Below are positions 28,665-37,324 of a DNA stretch of 64,000 nt, one piece after another. The stretch covers positions 1,856,001 through 1,920,000 of the forward strand of contig CAWKMU010000003.1 of the NCBI GenBank assembly GCA_963850905.1, read 5' to 3'. The first letter of the stretch is position 1. Each line of letters starts with the position of its first letter. A program made the position numbers and the translations under genes. The DNA is from an uncultured Gemmatimonadales bacterium. GTDB taxonomy: Bacteria > Gemmatimonadota > Gemmatimonadetes > Gemmatimonadales > Gemmatimonadaceae. The notes beneath the pieces are model-generated. The model ran no database searches. It saw nothing but the letters and a program-made list of their open reading frames with translations, and had not been told where the DNA came from.

Positions 28665-30031
28665 GCGCCTCCTTGGGCCGCGGCGCTCGTCCGGCGGCGA
28701 GATCCTGCTCGCCAGATCGCGTAGATCGGGACCCCAAGAAAGATCAGGCAGAAGCCGAGCAGTGCGTTGTGTGGATTCGAGCGAATGCTGCTGAGGACCA
28801 CATAGCCGGCTGTCACGATGAATGCCGCCGGCACGACGGGGTACCCGGGAGCGCGAAAGTACGGGACACTGCCGGCCGAATCGTGTCGTCGGTAGACGAA
28901 GATCGTGGCAGTGATCAAGGCGAAGAAGATCCAGTCGCCGAACACCGTGTAATCCAACAGTTGGCCATACGTCCCTGACCAGGTGAGCACGACCGCCCAC
29001 GCAGCTTGCGCGAGTAGCGCGACGACCGGTGTGCGGTACCGCGGATGCAGCACGGCCGCCCGGGCGAAGAATAGTCCATCCGCCGCCATTGTCTGAAGGA
29101 TGCGTGGCGCGGACAGAATGGTAAGGTTGACGAAACCGAACGACGACGCTGCGATACCAATTCCGATGAGCGTGCCACCCACAGGACCGACGGCGCGGCG
29201 CATCGTGTCGGATGCCGGCGCCGTGCTGGCGGCGAGGCCGGTGGGCCCGAGCGTCGCGACATACGCGGCGTTGGCGGCGACGTAGACGATCACGACGATC
29301 GCCATGCCGAGTATCATGGCGCGCGGCAGCGTCCGCACCGGATCCTTCATCTCGCCGGCCACGTTGTTCGCGTGCGCCCAACCGCCGTAGGTGAACAGGA
29401 CCGGGATGAGCGCCACTCCGATGACGCGAACGAGATCGTCACCGCTGGTCGGCGCCACTGCCGCCGCTGGTGCGGTGTGGCAGCCCGAACGAAGGCCGAC
29501 CGCGACGCCCGCAACGACGAGCGCTGCGAGCGCAACCAACTTGAGCAGCGTAAAGATGTTCTGCGTAGTCGCGCCCGCCCGGATCCCGAAGCAGTTGACC
29601 GCGGTCAATACCAGAATCGAGGCGACAGCCAAAGGGCGAACCACCGCAGACGAGACACCCGCGAGATCGACAGTATAGCGAGCGAACGTGACGGCAACGG
29701 CGGCCATGCCGCCGGTATTGATCACGACGAGAAACGTCCATCCGTAGAGAAATGCAGGCAGCGGCCCGAAGGCCTCTTTGAGGTACACATACCCGCCACC
29801 CGCCTGAGGCCTACGACCCCCGAGCTCGGCAAACGTGAGGGCGCCAGCGACGGCGATAACGCCACCCAGTACCCAAACGCCGAGGACCGCGGTGCTGGTG
29901 TGAACGCGTTGGGCCACCACCGCGGGGCTGAGGAAGATGCCGGCGCCGATGATGCCGCCGACAGTGACCATCGCGGCATCGAACGTCCCGAGTCGGCGAG
30001 CGTATTGTGTGATGGGAGGCGGATTCGACAT
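28661..30031 (-). CDS. APC family amino acid permease (LAT-like)
   Basis: GGIIGAGIF, FAELG...PQAGGGY, FTYGGW, GEMKDPVRTLPRA, HPRYRTP. Confidence 0.93.
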   Translation of the reverse strand: MSNPPPITQYARRLGTFDAAMVTVGGIIGAGIFLSPAVVAQRVHTSTAVLGVWVLGGVIAVAGALTFAELGGRRPQAGGGYVYLKEAFGPLPAFLYGWTFLVVINTGGMAAVAVTFARYTVDLAGVSSAVVRPLAVASILVLTAVNCFGIRAGATTQNIFTLLKLVALAALVVAGVAVGLRSGCHTAPAAAVAPTSGDDLVRVIGVALIPVLFTYGGWAHANNVAGEMKDPVRTLPRAMILGMAIVVIVYVAANAAYVATLGPTGLAASTAPASDTMRRAVGPVGGTLIGIGIAASSFGFVNLTILSAPRILQTMAADGLFFARAAVLHPRYRTPVVALLAQAAWAVVLTWSGTYGQLLDYTVFGDWIFFALITATIFVYRRHDSAGSVPYFRAPGYPVVPAAFIVTAGYVVLSSIRSNPHNALLGFCLIFLGVPIYAIWRAGSRRRTSAAAQGGA

Positions 30032-30079
30032 CGTCGGGCCGAAGATACCGGGCCCGGCAGCGGCCGGACAGAGCGCGTT

Positions 30080-31090
30080 CTATCGCGTTGACAGCGCGCG
30101 CAGTTCGACCGGTGGGTCGCCTCGAAAGATCGGATGATCGGGTACGTCGAATCCGGAGTTGCGGATCAGATCCAGCCCCGACACCGACAGCACATATTGG
30201 GCGAACGCGATCGCCAGCGCTGGATGGGCCGCCGCGCGGGGCACGGTGAGCCCATACAGGATCGGGGCGCCGAAGATGGTCGCAGTGTCGGCGCTGCTGC
30301 GGCCTCCAGAGACGCGCGTCTTGGCCGCTGCGTATGACGCAGCGAAGGCGGTGTCGCCGAGATTGATGGGTGGGGGCAACTCCAGCCACTCGAGCTCGTG
30401 CTCGGCCGCGAGCGTTCGGTAGGTCGGCATGTAGTCGATCGTGCCGTCGGCGAACTTGGCCTCCAACTCACCGTCACCTGGGCCGAAGTCTGTCACGGGC
30501 ATCGCATGCTCGAGCGTCGCAGAGAGCCGCGGCCGCAGATAGTAGCGCGCGGCCAGCTCGAAGAACATCAATGTGCGGTAGGCGCTGGGGTCGTCGTTTG
30601 GGTCGCTGCGTGCGCCATGTACATCCGGCTTGCTCAGCACGTCCGCCCAGTTCCGCGTGTTGACCTCATCCGCGTACTTCGAGTGAGACGTGTAGGCGAG
30701 CACGATTGAGGATCGCGCAAATCCGGCCGACCAGGCAGCGGCCCGCGGCATCAGCAGCGCGTCGATCAGCGTGTCGTCTCCTGACACGAAGACGTCGGGG
30801 ATTTGCACCGAGTCTACGATGGCGCGGGCGACGGCGATGCTCCCACCCGTGAGAATCTCCGGGGCGACACCCGGGTGTCTCGCCGCGAACTCGGCGGCCA
30901 GCTTGCGGACCGTCGAGGTGAGGCTGCGGGGAGTCGTAATGATGAGTCGTCCGCTCAGTGAGTCGGATCGGGCAAACGGCGCAGCGCCTGCCTGCGCGCG
31001 AGCGTCGGCCGATACGATGAGCAGGAGGGCACAGACCGACGCCCATGCGCCGATCCGGGATCGCCAAGTCTGAGGTCCGCAAGCCATCAT
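30080..31090 (-). CDS. Periplasmic molybdate/tungstate-binding protein (WtpA/ModA-like)
   Basis: Signal peptide; GSIAVAR, PDVFVSGD, RSDPNDDPSAYRT, LPPPINLGD and ILYGLTVP resemble WtpA-type binding proteins. Confidence 0.8.
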   Translation of the reverse strand: MMACGPQTWRSRIGAWASVCALLLIVSADARAQAGAAPFARSDSLSGRLIITTPRSLTSTVRKLAAEFAARHPGVAPEILTGGSIAVARAIVDSVQIPDVFVSGDDTLIDALLMPRAAAWSAGFARSSIVLAYTSHSKYADEVNTRNWADVLSKPDVHGARSDPNDDPSAYRTLMFFELAARYYLRPRLSATLEHAMPVTDFGPGDGELEAKFADGTIDYMPTYRTLAAEHELEWLELPPPINLGDTAFAASYAAAKTRVSGGRSSADTATIFGAPILYGLTVPRAAAHPALAIAFAQYVLSVSGLDLIRNSGFDVPDHPIFRGDPPVELRALSTR

Positions 31091-31168
31091 TCCATCCCGT
31101 GTCGATCGTGTCGGCGCAACCCGGTGCCGTACGCGACGCGCTTAGTAGACGCGTATGACAATGGTCCG

Positions 31169-31783
31169 GTGACACTCGTGACTCGCGGCATCGCCGTACT
31201 CGTCTTCAATGGGTTCGCGGACTGGGAGCCCGCGTACGCGCTTACCGGGGCGCGGCGTTGGGGTGGCCGCTCCGTCACGGCCGTCGGCTACGACCGGACC
31301 ACCGTCGTGTCCATGGGCGGGCTTCGCGTCGAGCCGGAGGCCGTGCTCGAGAGCGTAACGCCGGCGACCACCGAGTTGTTGCTCCTCCCCGGCGGTGATG
31401 CGTGGCTCGGCTCCTATCCAGCCTCCCGACTGGAGCGGGTATTTGGTGAGCTGACGGCTGGCGGCGTCACTGTCGCCGCGATCTGCGCGGCCACGGTGGC
31501 GGTCGCCCGGGCCGGGCTACTCGGTGGCCGTCGCCACACCAGCAATGGCGCGGCCTACCTGCAGCGCCACGCGCCAGGGTACGAGACCCCGGCGCTCTAC
31601 GTGGAGACGCTCGCCGTGTCGGACAGCGGTGTGATCACGGCGTCAGGCCTGGGCGCGGTCGAATTCGCGCGCGAAATCTTCGCCGCGCTCGGCATTCTCA
31701 AGGAATCGGACCTCGCCTTGTTCATCGATATGTACCGCGGCGGACATATCCCGCGGTCTGACCCGAGCGCACCCACGCGCTGA
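31169..31783 (+). CDS. DJ-1/PfpI family protein
   Basis: FADWEPAY, SMGGL, LLLPGG, AAICAA (catalytic Cys), HTSN, ITASG. Start GTG 31169 or 31178. Confidence 0.9.
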   Translation: MTLVTRGIAVLVFNGFADWEPAYALTGARRWGGRSVTAVGYDRTTVVSMGGLRVEPEAVLESVTPATTELLLLPGGDAWLGSYPASRLERVFGELTAGGVTVAAICAATVAVARAGLLGGRRHTSNGAAYLQRHAPGYETPALYVETLAVSDSGVITASGLGAVEFAREIFAALGILKESDLALFIDMYRGGHIPRSDPSAPTR

Positions 31784-31784
31784 C

Positions 31785-32774
31785 TTAGTTGAGTTTGCCG
31801 GACGTCTGCGCGCTGAGCGCCGCAACGGCCGTCTCGTGGACTGGCGCATCGATGCCCATTGTGCGCGCGAGCCGAACGACGGTGCCGCTCAGCGCATCGA
31901 TCTCGGTTGGGCCACCGCGTTCGAGATCCGCGAGGAAGCTTGGACGGGTGCCGTCGGCCAGGCCTTCGAGGGCGCCAAGCGTGCGCCGCACGTCCTCATC
32001 GGAGTAGGGGACGCCGGAGGCGCGGGCGACTGCCACGACTTCGCGCACCGCGCGGTCGATGACGGTGCGGCCGAGGGGCGCTGCGCGCACGACGCCAAAC
32101 GGCCGCCGTGCAAGCCCGCACAATGCCGCGAGCGTCGTCAGCCCAGCGAATTTCCGCCACAGCTCGAGTGTGATCGCGTCGGTGACATGGGTTTCCACCC
32201 CCGCTGCGCCGAGCGCGGACGCTAGCGTTCGCGCTCGAGCCGAGATCGTGTGGTCCAGCTCGCCAATCACGATGCGCAGGAGCGCACCGGTGCGGGTGAT
32301 CACCCCTGGCGCGGTGCGCTCCGTGTTTACGTAGGCGATGCCACCGAGGATGGTGGCGCGCGGCACGCCGAGCGCGATCAAGCGTTCGGTGATGTCGACC
32401 CCGTTGAGCAGGGGAACGACAGCTGTGCCGGCTTCGGCCAAGGTACGAAGCGCCGGCCCGATGGCGGGGAGCGAATAGGTTTTGACCGCCAGGATCGTGT
32501 GCGGCGCGCCCAGCAAACTGGACGGGTCGTCGGAGGCGGACAGCGCAGCCACGAAGGTTGAGCCGTCGGCTTCGCGAATCTCGATACCGCCGCGCTGACG
32601 GATCGCGTCCAGGTGTGTGCCGCGCGCCAGGAGGTCGACGTGGTAGCCGGCCTGGACTAGTCGCGCGCCGAAATATCCACCGATGGCGCCGGCTCCGACG
32701 ATCGCGACTCGTCCACGCGCGGTTGCGGGATCCAGCGAGTGCGCCTCGGGCTTTCCCTCCGGCAGTGCCGGCAT
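31785..32774 (-). CDS. panE: 2-dehydropantoate 2-reductase (ketopantoate reductase)
   Basis: GAGAIGGYFG, LAVKTY, LLNG, LWRKF, S...DLERG.PTEIDALSG. Confidence 0.9.
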   Translation of the reverse strand: MPALPEGKPEAHSLDPATARGRVAIVGAGAIGGYFGARLVQAGYHVDLLARGTHLDAIRQRGGIEIREADGSTFVAALSASDDPSSLLGAPHTILAVKTYSLPAIGPALRTLAEAGTAVVPLLNGVDITERLIALGVPRATILGGIAYVNTERTAPGVITRTGALLRIVIGELDHTISARARTLASALGAAGVETHVTDAITLELWRKFAGLTTLAALCGLARRPFGVVRAAPLGRTVIDRAVREVVAVARASGVPYSDEDVRRTLGALEGLADGTRPSFLADLERGGPTEIDALSGTVVRLARTMGIDAPVHETAVAALSAQTSGKLN

Positions 32775-32777
32775 GTC

Positions 32778-33038
32778 TTACGCTTCTGGCTCGTCCGACT
32801 CGTCGGGTTTTGGATCGGCGTCTGTCAGCAACTCGACCGGCAGATCCATTGGCACGGCAGCCGGCGGTTGCGCGGCGAGCTCCTCCGCATCAGCACCCTG
32901 TGCCACTGCAGCCGTTTCGGCGATCGCCTCTGCGGGCGTCGGTGTGGCCAGCGATTCCACGTCCCGTTCCAGCGCCTCGACGACATGTCGCGCCGCGTGG
33001 GCGACGCGTTCGCCAAGGCCATGATCCGGATGAGTCAC
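32778..33038 (-). CDS. Small acidic hypothetical protein
   Basis: 86 aa, GTG start with GGAGG RBS; stop lies 3 nt before panE. Confidence 0.6.
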   Translation of the reverse strand: MTHPDHGLGERVAHAARHVVEALERDVESLATPTPAEAIAETAAVAQGADAEELAAQPPAAVPMDLPVELLTDADPKPDESDEPEA

Positions 33039-33095
33039 GTCGTGCCTCCTGGGGAAGAACTCGCGGGCTGTCAGTGCGTGAGGGGCGCGGGTCGA

Positions 33096-33473
33096 CTACC
33101 CGTCGCCTCCGCGACGCCGACGCGAGCGCGCGTCCTGCGCATCAGCGGCGTCATAGGCCGCGAGCGCCCACGCCGCCACGTCACCCGGTGCGTACGCAGC
33201 GCCGACGGCGCCTGGCAGGCGCGCGCTCGCCCGGCGGACGAGCGCGGTCACTCCGCCTGAGAGCTGCTGTCGGCGGATACCTGTCAAACGCATCACGCGG
33301 CCGTACGCCGCCATCGCTGCACGCAGGCGCGCTCGCACGGCCCGCCACTCTCGAGGCTTCGTCCGCTCAGGCATCGGCCAGGCCAGCATCGAGAGGACGC
33401 GGGCACAGACGGCATCGAGTGTCGGCGTTGGCTCGATCCCGCGAACGATCGCCGGGGCGGATCGCACGAACAT
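33096..33473 (-). CDS. Small helical hypothetical protein; paralog of 15907-16233
   Basis: Strong RBS GGAGGAG; RARLRAAMAAYGRVMRLTG ... VAAWALAAYDAAD. Confidence 0.72.
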   Translation of the reverse strand: MFVRSAPAIVRGIEPTPTLDAVCARVLSMLAWPMPERTKPREWRAVRARLRAAMAAYGRVMRLTGIRRQQLSGGVTALVRRASARLPGAVGAAYAPGDVAAWALAAYDAADAQDARSRRRRGGDG

Positions 33474-33566
33474 CACAGACTCCTCCACTGCAAGACGACG
33501 GCCTGATGGTTGTCCACGCGCACCGGCGGGTCCCACTCTACCGACGGCGTGTCACTCCCTACACAC

Positions 33567-33575
33567 ATACTAACA
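33567..33575 (-). promoter_or_regulatory. Extended -10 promoter element (TGn-TAGTAT)
   Basis: Minus strand reads TGT-TAGTAT about 95 nt upstream of ATG 33473. Confidence 0.45.
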
Positions 33576-33664
33576 CGGTTCCGCGCTCGTACGGATGCCT
33601 TGTTGACCAACCATTGCTCGCCCTCGTGCGGTGCTCGGCTGTCGCCGGGCGGGACGCAAACGCC

Positions 33665-33696
33665 GGGCTTTGGGTCTTGGGTCTCGGATTTCGGGA
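33665..33696. repeat. Degenerate GGGTYTY heptamer run
   Basis: GGGCTTT GGGTCTT GGGTCTC GGATTTC GGGA; same family as the 42421 arm. Confidence 0.6.
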
Positions 33697-34377
33697 CGTC
33701 ACCGGCCACACAGCATGAGTGCAGCCTTCGACCAGCGTTCATCGGCCTCGGCGTCCTGACCTTGCGGAGGTCGACCACGGCTTGTGCCTGCTGGACGTCG
33801 CTCCGCGACGCACCCCTGATGCCGGGTTGGTGCGTGCGTCACGGTCGACCGACTGTGGCCGCTGGCGGGGTGCGCCCGCGGCAGGCGGGCGCGGCTTGGC
33901 TGGGCGGTTCATTGGGGTGGGGCGGTATGGGGGGGCAGGCATCGAACAGCACCTCACGCAATCTATCCGGCAGTGCCGCACGGGGAGGCGTCCTGTGGCC
34001 AATGGCATGGCGCGCCGAAGCGAACTGTCAAACAGCGCGGCGCGGTCACAGCGGCGCCGCGCCGGCCATTGAGCTCGAATTGTCGAGGCTAACCGCGTCC
34101 ATGCGAGCTTGACCGAGGCTATAACCTCGCCGACACATGTGTGAAACCTGCGCTGCAGGTTGCCGTATGGATACGTGAACGAAGCGCACACTCGAGTGGA
34201 ACGTGATCGGAGGCCGCAGCGAAGGGGTCGGTGGTGTGACGGATTGATCAACTACGCGCGATGCAACGAATGCACGTGTGGTTGCTCCCAACCCTTTTCA
34301 CGCGGCCAGTGTCCAAGTGGTACGAAGCATGAGAACTCACACTACGGTGCGCGCGTTACGCGTCGGAGGATGCTGTC

Positions 34378-34596
34378 ATGGAAGCGCCCTGGAAAGCTGG
34401 TGATACCGCTTCTGCACATTGCCCACGCTGTGACGATCTCGTCACGGCCAACTACGCACGGCGCTCGATTGCCCTGCCTCGGACGCGGCTTCATGTGCGT
34501 GATGTGCTGGTAAGCGTTTGTGACCGCTGCGGCGAGATGCTGACGCTGCCGCGCCAATCGATGGCGCAGTTGATGGAGGTCAGTGCCGGGAAGTGA
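34378..34596 (+). CDS. Stand-alone zinc-ribbon protein (YgiT/MqsA N-terminal-like)
   Basis: 72 aa, RBS GGAGG; CPRC ... V.DVLV.VCDRCGE. Confidence 0.75.
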   Translation: MEAPWKAGDTASAHCPRCDDLVTANYARRSIALPRTRLHVRDVLVSVCDRCGEMLTLPRQSMAQLMEVSAGK

Positions 34597-34598
34597 TG

Positions 34599-34950
34599 CG
34601 GGCGCTGCCGCGCCCGAGAAAGTAGAAGTACAGAAAGCAGAGAGTAGGCAACGGCTCGAGAGTGGAAAGTAGACAAGGGCTTAGTAGTTGCCCCTGTCTA
34701 CTTTCTACTTTCTGAGGGTCTACTTTCTCCGGCGCCAAGGGCGCCGGCGGGGCGAGTCTCGTGCTGCGGGGCTCGCCCTCGTAGTTTGTTCCCTGGCCCC
34801 GCCGGCGCCTCTGGCGCCGGAGAGAGTAGAGGATCGGAGGGTAGAGGGGCAGACAACGGCAACGGAACTCGAGCTCAGTTGCATGTTTTCTACTTTCTAC
34901 TCTCTGAGGTGCTACTTTCTCGGGCGCGTGCGCGCCCGTCCCTGACCCCC
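34599..34950. repeat. Nested about 350 bp palindromic array of four GGCGC-N-GCGCC(C/G)GAGARAGTAG arms
   Basis: Outer IR GCGCCCGAGAAAGTAG (34610-34625) / CTACTTTCTCGGGCGC (34912-34927). Inner IR 34720-34753 / 34796-34829. AGAAAGT/ACTTTCT heptamers occur in all arms. Confidence 0.9.
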
Positions 34951-34967
34951 GCTTTTCGGAGGGCTTC

Positions 34968-35411
34968 GTGTTCAACGACTTCAAGGCCTTCATCATGCGC
35001 GGCAATGTCGTCGACCTTGCCGTCGGTGTGATCATCGGTGCGGCCTTTGGTGCGATCGTCAAGTCGGTCGTCGATGACATGCTCATGCCCGTGATCGGCT
35101 TGGCGACGGGTGGCATCGATTTTTCGAGTCACTTTATCATGTTGAAGGCGGGCACGAAGATCCCGCCGCCGTACAATACGCCAGCGGAAGCCAGGGCGGC
35201 CGGCGCCGTCACGATCAACTACGGCAGCTTCATCAACACCGTCATCACGTTTCTCATTGTCGCGTTCTGCGTGTACCTGCTGGTACGCGGCCTGGCGAAG
35301 CTGTACCACACGCATGCCGCCGCGCCGGCGACCAAGGGCTGTCCGTATTGCACCAAGAGCATTCCGCTCGGTGCGAAGCGGTGCCCGGAGTGTACGAGCC
35401 AGCTGGCATGA
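34968..35411 (+). CDS. mscL: Large-conductance mechanosensitive channel with C-terminal CxxC-x10-CxxC tail
   Basis: FKAFIMRGNVVDLAVGVIIGAAFGAIV, NYGSFINTVITFLIVAF; tail CPYC...CPEC. Confidence 0.97.
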   Translation: MFNDFKAFIMRGNVVDLAVGVIIGAAFGAIVKSVVDDMLMPVIGLATGGIDFSSHFIMLKAGTKIPPPYNTPAEARAAGAVTINYGSFINTVITFLIVAFCVYLLVRGLAKLYHTHAAAPATKGCPYCTKSIPLGAKRCPECTSQLA

Positions 35412-35643
35412 CCCAGGGGTCAGGGGTCAGGGGTCGGGCAACGGCAACGGCAAACGTAAGAAAAGGGGCGGCCTGAAGGCCGCCCCTACATGGTGCTGCA
35501 CGCGGTGCTGCTTCCGAATTTGTCGACATGCGCATCAATCGTCGGAGAGGCTCCTAGAGGCGATCGTGCACGCCGACATGTAGGGGCGGGCTTTAGCCCG
35601 CCCCTCGTGTTTGCCGTTGCCGTTGCTGTTCGCTGACCCTGCC
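35412..35643. repeat. GTAG-family REP doublet (REPIN-like) with flanking simple repeats
   Basis: GGGGCGGCCTGAAGGCCGCCCCTAC (35465-35489) and GTAGGGGCGGGCTTTAGCCCGCCCC (35580-35604) in inverted orientation, flanked by (CAGGGGT)3, GCAACG repeats and their complement. Confidence 0.88.
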
Positions 35644-35644
35644 G

Positions 35645-36667
35645 TTACCGCTTCACGTCCAGCTTGATCAACTGCTCGACCGTAATGCCTTCCGCTTCCG
35701 CCTGGAAATTGAGCACCACGCGGTGCCGCAGGACGGAGAGTGCGATGCTATGCACGTCCTCGAGGTCCGGGATTGCGCGGCCGTCCATTGCCGCACGGGC
35801 CTTGGCCCCGAGGACCAGGTACTGCGATGCACGAGGGCCAGCGCCATAGCTGACGTACTTCTTCACTTCTGGGGTCGCTTCGGCGGCGGCCGGGCGCGTC
35901 GCCCGCGCCAGGCGTACCGCGTACGCGACGATGCTCGGCGGAGCCGGCAGCCGGCGGACGAGGTGTTGCAACTCGGAGAGTCGTTCCGCGTGGAGCACGG
36001 GGACGACGTTGGCAGTCACATCGCCTGTGGTCGCGGCGACAATCGCCTCTTCTTCAGTCTTGGACGGATAGTCGACGCGCAACTCGAACATGAAACGATC
36101 CAGTTGCGCTTCCGGCAGTGGATACGTGCCTTCTTGCTCGATCGGGTTCTGCGTCGCCAACACGAAGAACGGCTCCGGCAGCTGATGCGTCTGACCCGCC
36201 ACCGTGACTGCGTGCTCCTGCATCGCCTGCAGCAACGCGGCCTGGGTCTTCGGAGGCGCCCGGTTGATCTCGTCAGCTAGCACGACGTTGGCGAACACCG
36301 GACCCCGCGCGAACCGAAACGCGCGATGGCCGGTCGCCTGGTCCTCCTCGAGCAGCTCCGTTCCGGTGATATCGCTCGGCATGAGGTCGGGCGTGAATTG
36401 CACACGGGAGAACGTCAGCTCCAGCGCTTGCGAGAGCGTTTGCACCAACAGGGTCTTGGCGAGACCTGGCACGCCAACGAGCAACGCGTGCCCGCCGGCT
36501 AGCAGCGCGGCGACCAGGTTGTCGACCACGGGGCGCTGGCCGATGATGCGCTGGGCGATTTGCGACACCAGCGCGCTACGCGCGCGCGCCAGCTCATCGA
36601 GCAGCTGGACGTCGCGCTCGTCGGCTGCGACGCCGACATGTGTCCGAACGGCGGGGGCGCTCACCAC
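35645..36667 (-). CDS. moxR: MoxR family AAA+ ATPase
   Basis: GVPGLAKT (Walker A), RVQFTPDLMPSDITG, LADEINRAPPKTQAALLQAMQE, ATQNPIEQEGTYPLPEAQLDRF. Confidence 0.96.
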   Translation of the reverse strand: MVSAPAVRTHVGVAADERDVQLLDELARARSALVSQIAQRIIGQRPVVDNLVAALLAGGHALLVGVPGLAKTLLVQTLSQALELTFSRVQFTPDLMPSDITGTELLEEDQATGHRAFRFARGPVFANVVLADEINRAPPKTQAALLQAMQEHAVTVAGQTHQLPEPFFVLATQNPIEQEGTYPLPEAQLDRFMFELRVDYPSKTEEEAIVAATTGDVTANVVPVLHAERLSELQHLVRRLPAPPSIVAYAVRLARATRPAAAEATPEVKKYVSYGAGPRASQYLVLGAKARAAMDGRAIPDLEDVHSIALSVLRHRVVLNFQAEAEGITVEQLIKLDVKR

Positions 36668-36768
36668 CGGAATCTAGCGGAGGAACGCCAATGTGAAGCC
36701 CCGGCGGGCTGCACGTCGCTCACGACGACTCGATCCGGAGCAGTCGCGTGGGATTCACGACCCGCGAC

Positions 36769-37272
36769 CTACGGCAACGCGAAGGGCGCTGTAGACTCGA
36801 CCGGGTAATTCGTGCTCGTCAGCGTCGCGACTGCGGTCAACGGCCCGTGGAGTGCCGGCTGCCGCCACCGCGCTGTGTAGGTGATCGATGCGTGCGAGTC
36901 GAGCGGTTGGTTGCGCAGCGCCTGCGTGAACATCTGCCCGCTGCCCCATCGCCACACGGCATCACCCGCTGCGTCCAGCACGGTGAGATCGTGCGTCTGT
37001 CCGTTTGGGAATGTCAGCTCGAGTTTCCTGCCCGACGTGTTCGTCACGCGCAGGACGAACCGAACTTCTTCGCCGCGAACCGTCACGTCGAGCGTTGTCG
37101 CAAGCGAGTTGGTCGCGGGCGCGTGGGCCGCCACCGCTGAGGCCGTCGTCCGCTCGCTGCCCGGGCCGGTCGTCGTCCCAGCCATGACGAGCGAGAACTC
37201 GCGCGCGCGCGACCCGCAGGCGATTGCCAGCCCTATTGTGGCGAGCAGAGCGACGACATTGCGGGCGTGCAT
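36769..37272 (-). CDS. Lipoprotein with BsuPI (intracellular proteinase inhibitor)-like domain
   Basis: Lipobox LAIAC; V.N.S...LELTFPNGQTHD..V.D..G..VWRW..GQMFTQAL matches the BsuPI pattern. Confidence 0.8.
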   Translation of the reverse strand: MHARNVVALLATIGLAIACGSRAREFSLVMAGTTTGPGSERTTASAVAAHAPATNSLATTLDVTVRGEEVRFVLRVTNTSGRKLELTFPNGQTHDLTVLDAAGDAVWRWGSGQMFTQALRNQPLDSHASITYTARWRQPALHGPLTAVATLTSTNYPVESTAPFALP

Positions 37273-37324
37273 TGTGCGACTTGCCTCGGACCGGCTGCGG
37301 CCGACACGCGGCCGCACTGGGGGA

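Noticed and set aside
33640..33675. GGGACGCAAA resembling a c-di-GMP-I (GEMM) riboswitch core
   Set aside because: The upstream GCAAAC...GAAA stem and the downstream CTAA receptor are absent, and no suitable gene follows closely.
33699..34370. Small ORFs and a sigma54-like TGGTACG site in the long intergenic region
   Set aside because: The ORFs lack an RBS or motifs, and the -12 GC of a sigma54 promoter is missing at the required spacing.
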